Positions 13,900 through 27,400 of a stretch of DNA of 64,000 nt are shown here, piece by piece. Made by a program: the position numbers and the translations under genes. Under the pieces are notes generated by a model, which saw only the letters and a program-made list of their open reading frames with translations, was not told the DNA's origin and searched no databases. The stretch is from Tubulanus polymorphus (Eukaryota > Animalia > Nemertea): contig NC_134032.1 of assembly GCF_964204645.1 (NCBI RefSeq), positions 3,000,175-3,064,174 on the forward strand. The letters run 5' to 3'. Every line of letters begins with the position of its first letter. The first letter of the stretch is position 1.

Positions 13900-14222
13900 A
13901 ATAGGGAAGTTTTCCAGTTACCGCTTGACTCAACCAGTGGCCACACACGTGAAAAAGTTACAGCCAATGGCATAAAATTACAATTTTTGAGTCGCCTTCC
14001 TAAAAGTGACGTATCTTTTTTAAACTGTAACTGTGTTCGATCATTGCAGAAAAAAAGAAATTGTCACCTTTCTAACGATTCGTATGTTTGAATTTTGTGC
14101 CAAAAGAGGGATGGACGACAATTAATCTAGGATTTAGTTTAAAAAATGTTAAAATCTGTCCAACAATGCGGGACCTTTGAAACCGCCTCAAATGGCGCCT
14201 GGTTACTGGAAACTTCCCTATT
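13900..14222. mobile_element. MITE (PIF/Harbinger-like)
   Basis: TIR aatagggaagttttccagt / actggaaacttccctatt. Confidence 0.65.
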
Positions 14223-14269
14223 AGAAATACTGATTACTCTTAAAAATAGAAATAATTCCTGTGGTGTGA

Positions 14270-14790
14270 AGTCTTATATCCAGATAATGGCTTACATTAG
14301 TAAACTGAATTATGAAATATGAATCTAGACTAAGAAACAAAGACGACTTCAGTTAAGTGACGACTTTTCCAAACTATGATTTACATAATAAAATTGTTAC
14401 ACTTAGTAAATTGAATTATACAAATCGGGACTAAAAATATCGAGACGACTTCAGTAATGTGACGACTTATATCCAAATAATGAATGATATTAGTAATAGA
14501 ATTATGAATATGAATTTAGTATCAAAAATCCAGACTTCAAATAATGACACTTCAAATGATGACACTTGAATTAAAAATGCAAAGTGGGATTCAAAATAGA
14601 GATGACTTCAGTAACGACTGTTAAGTGACGACTTATCCAAATACGTATAAATTACACTTAGTAAATTGAATTGGAAGAAGTGGTGAATTTGAGTGTATCG
14701 AGAAAAGAAAATACGACTTACAGTTAGTTAAGAGCAATAAGACGAACGATTTCAATCGACGTGACTCATCCGATGACGACTTCAGAGAGT
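14270..14790 (+). repeat. Degenerate ~100-150 bp tandem repeat (gagacgacttcagt..gtgacgactt..ttagtaaattgaatt)
   Basis: Motif recurs at about 14340, 14440, 14600 and 14710, with related units at 13750-13850 and 9710-9810. Confidence 0.6.
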
Positions 14791-15028
14791 TTCACTAAGA
14801 AATCACCGACGATTCTGAACGAACAGTATTTCAGTGGTACAAGTGAAGAACCTGCTCCAGATCGCTAGACAACAAACAAACCGAGTTGCTAATTTTTTTT
14901 TCAATTATCTGCACTAATGTCACCTCGCAGCAATTATATATAACTGGACGAGTTGCGCCAATCAAACGCTCCCGAAAATATATTGCGTTGTCGCGCCGAA
15001 GATCTAACAAAAGCGACGATAAGAAGAG

Positions 15029-15051
15029 GTTGCTGCTGCTGCTGCTGCTGC
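15029..15051. repeat. (GCT)n microsatellite
   Basis: Directly visible. Confidence 0.85.
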
Positions 15052-15721
15052 GATCGAATTAGAATTGATTCCTGTGTTTCCAACTCTCTGTTTTGTTTCC
15101 GTCCCGTTGTCGCTAATTGGGCGCCGGAATCGATGCGTGAAATTAGCAATTAACCGGTACCGGTATTGTCCTCATCGGCAGACCATTACAGCCTGAACGA
15201 GTCGGTAACAGTAACGCGGCAAGTGCTCGACATTGTTTCCGATTCGATTGTATTGTTTACTAAAAATGTCTTCGTTACTCGATAAAAATCAAAACGCGAT
15301 TTAATAAGGTTTTAATATTTCGCATGCTCCCTCGCTTGCCAGGGCTTGTTTGCCTCCCGCCGAAGGTCGCGTTAATTACATAATCGAGTCGAATGAGATC
15401 GTCGAGTCCAGAAATCATGACCTTGACAATAGCATCGATTAAGGTTGTTGAGTGCTGTTACGTGCCTCATTGAATACAACTAGCAAAATAGCATAATTGA
15501 GTCCCGCGCACACATCGCAGCTGAACAAAATCAGAGCAATAATGCGCGTAACTTTTTCATTGAATGACGTCATAAGTTGTAAAATCAACGGCCAGAAATG
15601 GTTAAAGACGGTTCTTTATTTCATGAGGGGTATTCTCCTAAAAAAATCCAAGACCTCCCAGAGTGACTAGGTTGGAACACGAGAATAAAATAAACGACAA
15701 AAAATGCTGATAACCTTAAGA

Positions 15722-15794
15722 TACGCCTTTAGCTGAACTCGAACCTGCGACCTCCAGCGCGCCAGACGAGCACGCTAATCACTCGACCATAGAC
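15722..15794 (-). mobile_element. tRNA-derived SINE head or tRNA pseudogene
   Basis: Minus strand carries A box TGGTCGAGTGA and B box GGTTCGAGT at tRNA spacing; acceptor stem does not pair. Confidence 0.6.
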
Positions 15795-16029
15795 CAGTAT
15801 TGACTGACGAAGTTTGTAAGTTTGTCTGGCGATTAAAGTGACTGGTGACCAGTCAGGTGAAGTGACTTGGTGCATGGTGACTGTTGGCCGTTTCTATGGT
15901 CCGCTCATTCTATGGTTACTGCAGTACCTTGTCAGCCCTTAACCCTCTCTGATTACGAGTCTCGCATTGTAAGAAATCAAACTAATATAGTTTGTGCACG
16001 CTGCAGTTCATGTATTTTTTGCTATATTT

Positions 16030-16218
<189 letters not shown>

Positions 16219-16618
16219 ATACGCCTACATCAATAAATCTACGACATTTGATTTCGTCTGTTTAGTCACGGAGTCGTCCACTAGATGGCGCTATACTCAC
16301 CTGTGTGGTGTTATTTGTCAATCGCCCGAATACATGTTTCAATATTCTGGAGTTTGTAGGCCGCCTACACATGTATCTCCTCTTCTTGCGGCGACGCGCC
16401 CGAGAGCGGCCATTTTTCTTCGTAAAACGTATCTTGCAGATAACAAATTTCTGTCGTCCTAAAAACATATCGAAAAAACATTTTTTATTGAATGTTCACT
16501 TAGGAAAGTCGACTAGAGACCCTGTCTCCGGCTGAATGGTTGTGTTGAGCGCATTTTTTCACGAGGCATTTGACAAATTTCAGTGACTATCTTCACTGGC
16601 TGCTAAAGATATATCTAC

Positions 16619-16906
16619 CGTTTGACTCGTCTGGATGTGGCGCACTTGGAGCTGGAGTCCTGGTACTTGGAGTCGAAGTTATCTTCGAATTATGAGTCGT
16701 TGTTGATGTCGGAACGAGAGTCGTTGGAGCTGGAGTCATTGGAGGCGGAATTGTTGGAGATGTATCCGGTGTCATACAAAACGCTTCTAAATCCTTCATC
16801 TCCAGGTTAGAATCGATCCCGTCAAACTGTTGCGTCACACTTTCATCCGTTCTCACTTTTGTACAATTTACTACAGAACAAACGAGAAAATGAAGTTTAT
16901 CAACGC
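16619..16906 (-). CDS. Internal exon: short Cys-containing segment followed by a Thr/Pro/Ser-rich mucin-like stalk
   Basis: ttttcaag acceptor and GT donor at 16618; 288-nt open phase 1-1 exon, GVDKLHF...TPAPTTLVPTSTTT...DESN. Confidence 0.6.
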
Positions 16907-17847
16907 CTTGAAAAATAAAACATATTTCGTAATGTTGTCGATAACGAATTATGTGATACAAATTGTATGTTAAGGATAATATTGTATTTGTACATATGGA
17001 TCTTGCGAGAACCCTCGAGAAAATTACGAGATCTCGCGATAACATTTGAGAAACGATAAAAGGTCCCGTATCGTTTATCGAAGGATCTCGCGAGATCCTG
17101 TATCGTTTCTCAAAGGTTCTCGCGAGGAACATACGAGATCCTCGCTAGAAACTTCGGGAAACGCGACGGGATCTCATTAGAACCTTCGAGACACTTACGC
17201 CAACATGAATCGTCGCTGTTAACGTACGGTTTGACGGAAGATACGAAAACTCTATGGCACCAACAACTGCAGGTGACTGGATAAAGCAAAGCCTTATAAC
17301 TGCACACATTCCTGGTACCACAATCTGAAAACAGACGACAGAACAATACAACTAGAATTGTTGTTTATAATGTGGATCTACCGACTGAAGCAACTTAAGG
17401 AGCTTCAACAAAAGACGTCCATGCAAAATTTCCAAGATTTGACCTCCCTCCCCCATGTCCACAGATAAATGTCTACATTGCACTACCCCTACCTCTGTCC
17501 ATCGGAGTAAGAAAACGACCAAAGACATCATCCAGTCATTAGAAATAATGTCTTTTTCCTTCATTTATTTTATATTCCCCCGCCCAATGCGTTACTTGAA
17601 ACTCACCGCATAACTGATATTCTGCGTTGAAGTTGTTGGGACAATCCAGTGAAGGTTCCGCACTCGGCTTTCGTTCACTGTTTTGATGGACTTTCCTATG
17701 GGTAAGCAAACATATTCAGGATGAATTGAATTTGCAGATATTCCTGGAATCATGGATCGTCATCTATCAGAATTTAACGAGCCGGAACTGGCTGAATTTC
17801 GATGTAGCTACTAAAGACATGTTGTTCGAAAAGACCATAATCATAGC

Positions 17848-17924
17848 TCGCCATCTATTGGATTTTTCCAAAAATTACTGAATGTCCGGAATTGTTAAGT
17901 TAAACGAAAATCCAATAGATGGCG
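17848..17924. repeat. Short inverted repeat / MITE remnant
   Basis: tcgccatctattggattttt versus gaaaatccaatagatggcga. Confidence 0.6.
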
Positions 17925-18984
17925 ATCATTCCCGAATTAATAATTTGTGTTTAATTAGGAACCAGTCAGAATTTACAATAAATGGAATGGGTTCGAACCT
18001 AGGACCTCTCTTATCATCGATTCAGCATCTGAGACCAGCTCGGAATCAACTCGGTTTCGAACCCGGGGCAGCCTGATTATGATAATCTGCTTATTAGCTC
18101 GGTTTAAAGCTGTTAAGATTTTTTCAATAGTTCGTGTAGTTGATATTTGTTTAAACTTTGCGTGAGAGGACATCAGTTGGGTGGCCTAACTCAGCCACTT
18201 TCAGTAGTACAAACCTGATAGGTGTTTATAGAACCAGCACAGATTGAGGCAGCTGAACTGAAACATCAACCTTTTAAATCCATTTTACTCTGTAATGAAG
18301 GATTACCAAAAAGTCTGAATTTGTGGGAATAGAGAAATGCGACTCCATGATTTGAATGTGTTGAACATTTGTAAAATCTGATTTATTCAAGGAAATGGTG
18401 TCTCTTTTCTCTAAGACAACCCAATTCTAAAGGAGAATTTTCGGTAATATTTCAATGAAATGATCGATGTTTTAGTTAAGCTGCTCATCTATGATTGTCC
18501 CACTAAACAACTTTATCAGGTATGTACTACTGAAAAGACAGCTCAGCCGGCACCCCACATGCTGTGGCAATTTGATATTCACATTAGACGCCAATTCTGC
18601 AAGCTCCATGCGGGTGACTCCATGATCAATTCAAAACTTGAGTGAAATGCTAAATACCTGGGGGGGGGGGGGGCTATGTTACAAACGAGAACGTTATTTT
18701 GCGGTGAACACGCCTTCAGACCGCAGCCCAACTTCATAGAAGTAGCATATTCAAACTATAGCATTGAAACAAGAAAATATAATCATAGAAATCACGCCAT
18801 TTTAAGAATCAAATCCCTGACACGATTGACATAGCGCGTTACATCTTGAGTTTGTGGAAAACTTTAAAATAAAACTTTTAAAAATTGAGAAATAAGATAA
18901 TTAGTTCTTGAATAAACGAATTTGTTTCGGTTTTACAAAACATTTTTTCGAATCGACGGGGGGGATGGTGGTATAAGGTCTTAC

Positions 18985-19172
18985 TTTCACCGCATTCTCC
19001 GGGGAGAGGAACATCGACAGAAACTGATTCGTCGTTCCGTCACTGAGTTCTCCAGCCGCATCCATGAGAATACCCGCGTAGTCACGTGACTCGGCCGCAG
19101 TGACGTAATTCCGGTAGTCGTTGATCACCTCATCCGCCATTACTAACACCAACTGATCCACGCGACCTCGAC
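18985..19172 (-). CDS. Probable upstream exon of the same minus-strand gene
   Basis: ttcag acceptor and gtaaga donor; GC-richer open frame GRGRVDQLVLVMADEVINDYRNY...SPENAVK; phase link to the next exon unresolved. Confidence 0.5.
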
Positions 19173-19666
19173 CTGAATCGTATAGATTAAATTATTCGAT
19201 GATGACGTCATTAGGGTTGTAGGGAGGGAGGTCTCATGTTTTATTTCTGGATGGTTGTGTATTACCTGGTATATAGTTCCTCGTTTCGGATATGACGGTA
19301 TCGGGACAAGTGGACGCGTAGTTTTCAGCCATACTACTCAATACAGTATCCCAATACTGAAACACAGTAACATCGGCAATATCGATTTTACGTGTAATGA
19401 GAAGAGAAAATTATCATTTAAGTGTCTAGCTCCCGGTTATTAAATGGTTCCTTACAAAATCGGGGGTTGTTCATAACGCGCGCGAAATGTGCGCATCTTT
19501 AAGCGTTACGTCCACATGAACTGACTTCCATCGTCTGTCTTCCACATGCAATGGATTTGACACACAGCACAAAACCTGTCACTTAGAGCCAAAAACCCGC
19601 TCTACTTAGGACCTGCGAGTAACATCATTAGTTAACACTGACTTCCCAACTATAACAAGCAGCACA

Positions 19667-22022
19667 CACTCTTAGAACAAAGGGTTCTACCTAAGAACCT
19701 TGAGGGCTTCTTGGGCTTGCCTCCCAGGGAGAACCCCTAAAGGTTCTTCAAAGAACTTGAAGAACCCCTTGTAAAGGTTCTTTGAAGAACCATTTCGTAT
19801 AAAGGGTTCTTGTTGGAACCCTTTCAATATCATCAAATGGTTCTTGACAGGGTTCTTGGGAGAACCATTCTAAGGTAATTTATTTTTAGGGTTCCTCATT
19901 CATTCTTTGACTGCTCAAGCTGTTCATGATTTGTCCATCCTCTGTTATGTTTGACTGCTCCCTTAATCCTCATGTGGATAAAAAAAACTGATGATAAGAA
20001 TCGCGTAAAATTAATATCATATAAACCTTTTAATTATAAAATCTCATGAATTGAAATATCAATGATACATATGTTTACAATAAATGATACAAAACTAGTT
20101 TTACTAATTGGTTACCCCGCTACATGTACAATAAGATTGAAAGATGGATAATTTTTTTCAGTGCACTTATCGCTTGGTATCTTAAATCGGTTGGGATTTT
20201 TTCCACACTAAGTCTAAAACATAATGTTCTGAGAATATCAAAGTGTTTTAAAAGTTAGTGGGATAAGATGTAAAATGATATGCTAAACGTATAATAGGCC
20301 GACTTAAGGCAGGCCACTCCACTTATTGAGAATCTGTCCACTTTCAATTAACTATAAGCCATCTTCTTAAATAAGTTTGTTTCAACGCGCTGCCACCCTC
20401 GCAACCTTTCAACCGCAGCATCCGGATTATAGTTGTATATTTCTTGAAATATAAATAATATTGAGAACAATTAATGGTGTAATAAAATCGATTATGTTTT
20501 TCAATAATGCACATTCTGCGAGTAAATGTAAACACTTTCTAGTATTACATGCATAAGTTCCAAATACATTTATCAATGGAAAAGACAAACGGTTTAAGTT
20601 AACAGTGGGATTAGATTCAGAAAAATACGAACCTTTTTAACGGTTTTCAGGTCTTTTGCATCCTGTCTCAAAATCCCAGGTAATACGTGAAGCTCTGCTG
20701 TTCTCATCACATCTGAAAACCAGTGAATATGTAGATTGAAAATATTTATCTTCTATCAAAATACAGTCACACAGTAAAGGCTCATTGAGTCAAGATTTAC
20801 TAACCTGTATCTTCAATTTCGCTACTTCGAAGGAAAGAAGCGGCACGATTGCCAAATGTACAGACTTCGTACATTTTTGTTAAATTTTTTTCCGCCATAG
20901 GTCCGAGATTGGAAAAACATCTTTTGCACCGCGATCTCACACAACTTCCATGGAAAAATTTCTATAACAAAAACAAAAGTAATGGGAAAGTTTTAAATAA
21001 TGATTATGGCTGATCTGATTCTGAGTTACTCCGGCGTTATGGCCTATATTTCATATGTTTCAAATATCACAAATGCTATACACATTCATTAAATACTACT
21101 TACCAGAGTTAATTGACATTTCCAAGCTCCAGATATTCATCTTACAAAACACCGAAAAGAACGAGTCGATATACTATATGCATTATACACTGAGCGAAGT
21201 TTGTATGAGTTGTTGTGGCAGATACAACAGTTAGTTGCATGAACAAAGGAATAATTGCCTGATCATGTACACATGGCCCTATAGGCACGAAACTACAATA
21301 GCATGATAATAATTAGGCCCAAAGCATTATGTTACTTTGAATTTCCACTATACTCTATGTTTTTATTCAACAAAAACGTGACTTAAACTGAATGTTTTGA
21401 TAGAAATTGAGCCGAAAATACACACATTTCTCATTTTGAGTTGCATTTGAACTTTGAATTTACTAGTTCTTTTTAAACCGCACTGTCTATTCAGAAACGC
21501 AAGAGTTTAATTGTTTTTTAAAGCATTAAATGTTCTTTTCCCTGTCGTCTCTCCATAAAACGTAGTCGATGTCTCAGACTAGCAAATCAAGTTATTCAGT
21601 CTCTACATATTATTATCACACGTTAAAGGCGTTCACCACACATTTTAAACATACGACTTTTTAAAATCTTAAATGACGAATTAAAATAAATTAATATTCA
21701 TTAATTTTAAAAATGCATCCTTGTCGCACACGGTCACCAATTTTTGAATATTGTGATGATACATAGTAAATTGTTTTCAAAGTTACCCAATTCTAATTTC
21801 CAGTCAAAATGTTTTGTTGATAACTACACCACATTGAAAATCAGTTATAATTATCAGCTATACTAATTATTCCCTGTTGCAGGTCTACTTAATTCTTAAT
21901 TGACAATTGTGACCACTTTAGGGTTCTTATAAGAACCCTTGTGTCTCTAAGAACCCTAAAGCCTCACCAAGAACCCGAAGGTTCTTCAAAGAACCCCCGA
22001 AGAACCATTTGTTCTAAGAGTG
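19667..22022 (-). mobile_element. CACTA/EnSpm-like non-autonomous DNA transposon
   Basis: Termini CACTCTTAGAACAAA / TTTGTTCTAAGAGTG, 2-bp TSD CA, subterminal ggttct/agaacc repeat arrays, decayed intron-containing accessory gene on the minus strand (about 20150-21150). Confidence 0.8.
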
Positions 22023-22054
22023 CACACGTGCACTTCGATCAGCTAATCAAGTTT

Positions 22055-24389
22055 CACTGTTCCTGAACTTCGCTGAAAAAGCTGAAACACTGAAAAGCTG
22101 AAACGCTGAAATAAAAACGCTGAAATATCAGGGAATTTCTGAAAAACGCCGAAATTTCAGGGAATTCCCGAAAAACGCTGAAATCGTGCTAGGTACCGAC
22201 AATACACGTTTTGAAATGTCTTCCGGGCCGGTATCCGCTGCCGAGTCCTGAACCGTGTTTTATGCTCTACCTTCGGTTACAGAGACATGCCTTAAGGTCG
22301 TCGTCATGTTCAAGATCGATTGCGGATTGCGTGGATTGTTAGATGTGTTTTATTGCCATAGTTTTATGTGCATATACCGGTACGATCTAACAATGAAGTT
22401 ATCACTTCATTTGAATAAATTCTTAATTACAGTAATATTAATTCACAATATTTATTCTTATGTTTGGTGATTTCTTGCAACTTATCATTGCCAAGTCTCA
22501 TAAAAGTAGTAGCTGAATGAAAGTGCAGTTAGGCTGAACCTGATATCCCAAATTAAGTGCTAGCATGGAACTTATGATTATTTGATTCTATTAGCGGTGT
22601 CATTGAAATTCGTTAATAAATGTTCAACGGTCATAGTATACTGTACTTAGCATTACTACGATTGGGTGCCATATTTCTACAAGGAGGAAGGAGTCTTGTG
22701 CGGAGTGTATTTCGTAAACGGGTAGGGTACGGGGTAAAACCTGGTTTACTTTCTCTTTCAACTTGCTGGAGACTACTATCTGCAATGTATTGCATGCTTT
22801 GATTTGTCTGGCTTATGGGAGTCGAACGACATTTTCCCATACACAGGCTTGGCGTTAGTGTAAATGAAGGCTAGGCACTGCACATTGTGGATTGACTGGA
22901 ACTCTAAACTCACAAAATTGAACGAATCAACAAGAAAGATCCAATAATTGGACGTTTGTCTAACTATATTATTTAACAGCTTGAAATAATACATAACACA
23001 TTCTGCAAGAGTACACAAAGGAAATCAGTTCTTACATTATATCAGAATCAATAGTTCGCTTAACTCGGGCTAGAATTCTGGTTCCATTGCTTTATATTCT
23101 AATGAAATCCACTAGCATACCTTAGAATATCGATTAGCTTAAGACTAAAAATTTGGTACCAGGAAACAGGGAAGAAAAGTGGGTGTACTGTACATCCGCA
23201 ATTGACATATTTCTCTCTGGTTGAATCAAGTTATTATTGAAATAACATTCGAATAGCTATTTTATTTTTTAAAATTGTGTCGTTCAGCTATCCTGCTGCA
23301 AATTTCGCAGTTGAAGTTTACTGGCGCCAGCTGATTTCTCAGTATCTCACAAAAATATTTGCACATTCTAAGCCTGAGTCTAAAAATAGAAAAAGGTGCA
23401 TTTAAGTAGGAAATAAAAGAATAGTGGCTAATACACCCTGGACTATATAGCCTATGGGGTGGGCCTAGTTTGAAAGCACTGAGGTCCGAGGGAACAGCAC
23501 ATAGTAAATAAATACTGAAATTAAACTTACAAAACACCCAGTACGAGATGATGTACTTGACAAGAAGTGTCTCCAGCTAAGCAAATCAACTTTGTCTATG
23601 ACTCCTCAATTTATAGATTCAGTAGTAGTCTAAAAATAAGAATCGGTACATTTTTCTAACAGTTGGTATGTCATTTCTTCAAAAAAAGACTAATTATTAT
23701 CACACCACAGCAAATAAATTATTCACAGTTGTTGAATGGTTTGCCCGATTTATATTAATTGGTTGACGCTAATCAGTATGACCCATACGTAGGGGCCTAC
23801 TGCATGCCATTGGCGTCAATCCATTCTATTCCACGGTGAATTAAAAAGAAATTTAGTTAGATCCCTTTTGTCCAAAAGCTGCATCATTTATATAACTAGC
23901 TGTCTTATTTAATTTACCCCCTTCAGAGAATACCATAGTGACATAGTCCGTTGCCCATCAACGTGTTGACGAAAGAAAAGTTGCTACAATTTTATACATG
24001 AACGTTCAAATAAGACATTTCGCGTCTTGCAGAGAATATTGAGCATAGTGTTTAAGTTGGCTTGCACGGTTTGTGAATGGGTTTTCCTCATTATGCTGCC
24101 TGTATGCATTAAAAATCAGAATTTCAAGCGAATTAATTTGTCCAACAAGTGACCCTCTAGAAGTATACTCCACAAATACTGTCCATGCATGTCTCTGTAA
24201 CCGAAGGTAGAGACTAAAACACGGTTCAGGACTCGGCAGCGGACACCGGCCCGGAAAATATTTCAAAACGTGTATTGTCGGTACCTAGCACGATTTCAGT
24301 GTTTTTCCGAAATCCCCTGAAATTTCAGCGTTTTTATTTCAACGTTTCAGCGTTTCATTGATTCAGCTTTTTCAGCGAAGTTCAGGAAC
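22055..24389. mobile_element. TIR DNA element with ~200-bp TIRs and cgctgaaa subterminal repeats (CACTA-like)
   Basis: 22059-22260 is the reverse complement of 24216-24389; left end begins CACTG; TSD not clear. Confidence 0.75.
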
Positions 24390-24436
24390 CACGAATTCAC
24401 TGGCGAATTTAATCGTCGCGATCGGGCGAAAAAATA

Positions 24437-27400
24437 ACCCCTGTGAAGCTGGCTCCCGGTTCCCGGTTCCTTATTCGGCTCCCGATTCAAAAACATTTTG
24501 AATCGGGAACCGAATCGGGAACCGGGAGCCGGCTACTGGTTCGGCTCCCGATTCAAAATGTGAAGCTGGCTACTTATTCGCCAGGTGGCGCTGGTATACA
24601 CTATGCCAGACATTTTACGTAACTATGTCTACTCTGCTGATAAACAAAGTCGACCTCGACCTTGACAACAAATCGCCAGGTGATGGCGCGAGCCAATCCA
24701 AACGTCTAAACACGATTGCGTATGCGACCGCGAGAGCGGTCAGCTGTATGTAGCTATACGTCAGTAAGCTGCGTCTATTAATAACATAACTTGGTTTAAG
24801 AACGTGTGTATTGCTCGGTCGTTTTTCTCGTCACAGAATCGACTTCTTCATATGTTCGCCTCTTTAACCATTGAATCAATAAAACATCGATTGTTCCCTA
24901 GCTATAGGGTATTAATTAGTCAGCACTGAAAGGGTTAACAAGAGAGAAAGTTTCTAACGAAAGTTATCGAATCCCCAAGAAAACAATATCTGCAAGCCAA
25001 TGAAATTGTAAGATATAAAATAAACAGACGCTTTCTGCCCGCTGTATAAATCACCCTTCATGCAGGGTAAATCCATTGTCAAATGATTAAAAAACAATCA
25101 CTTCAATATTCTATTAAACTTAATATTTATCTAATTATTATCTATTTATCTATCAAATTCCATAGAAAACATAAAAGAACATTTTTCTCATCCCTAAACC
25201 GAAAATAGCTGGAAATGAGAGCGCACATAAATTCTAATCCAATAGTTACCACGGTTGCATGGTAAAACAGTGAGACCACTAACATTGGCGCAGAGATAAG
25301 ATGGTTGTTTAGACGTCTCAATTGCAAAATGTGAAGCTACTTATTCGATTCGACTCTATTGCGGACAGCAGGTTAACATAATTACGTAACTTTGTCTGCT
25401 GAAATGAGTGCAACCTTGACCTCGGCCACCAGGCTAATCGAGACGTCTGAATTAACACCATGCGTGTGACGATTTCCTCCCGATTCAAAATCATTTTCAA
25501 TCGGAAGCCGAACCGGGAACCGGGAGCCGGCTACTGGTTCCCGGTTCAAAACCATTTTGAATCGGGAGCCGAATCGGGAACCGGGATCCGGTAGCCTGCT
25601 ACTGGTTCGGCTCCCGATTCAAAATGTGAAGCTGGCTACTTATTCGATTCGACTCTATTGCGGATAGCAGGTAAACATAATTACGTAACTATGTCTGCTG
25701 AAATGAGTGCAACCTGACCTCGGCCACCAGGCGAATCGAGACGTCTGAATTAACAACGCGCGTGTGACTTCAATATACACAGTTACTATGCAACTATATT
25801 CTATACTATAAGCGGCTAAGCCATAGCGTATTAACTTTGTAGCGCGTAATCTCCGTTCGTGTGGCTTCGATTACGCGTTGAGTGGTATGGATTGAAAGAG
25901 GAAGGTCTGATCTGTGTTTACGAATAGATTTCGTGCCGATACGATAAAGTTTAGGTAGACTTTTCTACCATTAAGTTTGGACTTTCCGCGTGACGTCACT
26001 GCGCGCGATGATGAAAACAAACATTTGTGCGATGTGAGCGTCAGCTGTTGCTCGTTGACTACAGAGACGCCGGTGACCTAATTTCATTTTGCCTGCCTAC
26101 AGAGACGCGGATGACCTCAATTCTGGGGAATGTAATAGTGGAGAATACTGCGATGTGAGCATCGTCTGATACGAGAAAGATGTACTGCATGATTTGTTAT
26201 ATGTTGCTAGTTCTTCACAAAGCCAATTGCGTTACTGCCCTGGGCCCGGTTTAGGTGATAATTCTAATGGAAAATTCTTAATTCGGGTTAGTTAATTGGT
26301 TTACCTTTTGTCAGCGATATGAAGTTGGCTATTGAAATGTGTATTGAAATAAATATCTTCATTACAGGCATTGTCAACATATATGAAAATCATTTTCAAT
26401 CGGGAGCCGAATCAGGAACCGGGAACCGGTAGCCGGCTACTTATTCCCAGCTCCCAATTCAAACTCATTTTCAATCGGGAGCCGAACCGGGAACCGGCAG
26501 CCGACTACTGGTTCCCGGCTCCCAATTCAAACTCATTTTCAATCGGGAGCCGAATCGGGAACCGGGAACCGGCAGCCAGCTACTGGTTCCCGGCTCCCAA
26601 TTCAAAATGTGAAGCTGGGTACTTATTCGATTCGACTCTATTGCGGACAGGTAAATGTTATGATTGCGTAACTATGGTGTCTGCTCTCAAGTGCTAGCCG
26701 CAACCTTGACCACCAGTCGAGACGAGGCCAATCGAGACGTCTAAACACATCGCGCAACCAGGTGTGCTGACCGCGAGCGTTGCCCGGAGCGTTGACCTGC
26801 ACTTTGACTCAGCAACTCATAATATCTTCTTTCATTCATTGAAGGTTTTGTGAAATAAGCGAAATACTCGGAAATTTCTTTCCTTTTAAAAACTGCAAGC
26901 TGCTGCTACTACGTCATCATTCCGATGTGAATACGCGTGACTTGTGATATGTAGTTTTTTCCCACAGCCAATTGGGTTAATGCCCTGGGCCCGGTTTAGG
27001 TGATATTCGAATGAGAAGTGCTTAATTCGGGTTAGCTAATTCGATGATTAAATCTCTTTCACAAACGCAAATTAGGGAAAAGTGAATTAATTGTAATTAT
27101 CTCCGAAGTTAATTCCAAATTAATTAGTGCATTATTCCTATACGCTGAAGAAACTATCATTAATAAAATGACCAGCCCCGTCGCTAATTATGCACACCGG
27201 AATTAGGGGGAGCATAAATTCCCGTTCGAGAAACCCGAAACCCGACCCTGGTGAAAATGTAAATATTATAACACACCAGAAAACGAAAACATGCGGATAA
27301 TTTGGAAGAAAGGGTTGTAGTGTAGGTAAATATATTCATATGTATTCTAATCCAATGGTTACTGTGGTTGCATAGCAACTGTGAAACTACTGAAATCTGC

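Noticed and set aside
14934-15153. Poly-Q / poly-C ORFs
   Set aside because: Caused by a short (GCT)n tract
15722-15794. Functional tRNA gene
   Set aside because: A and B boxes are present but the acceptor and anticodon stems pair poorly; more likely a SINE head
24437-26700. Repeat-spacer pattern resembling CRISPR, and NREP-repeat ORFs
   Set aside because: Irregular spacing; explained as the modular TIR of the element bounded by a 9-bp TSD
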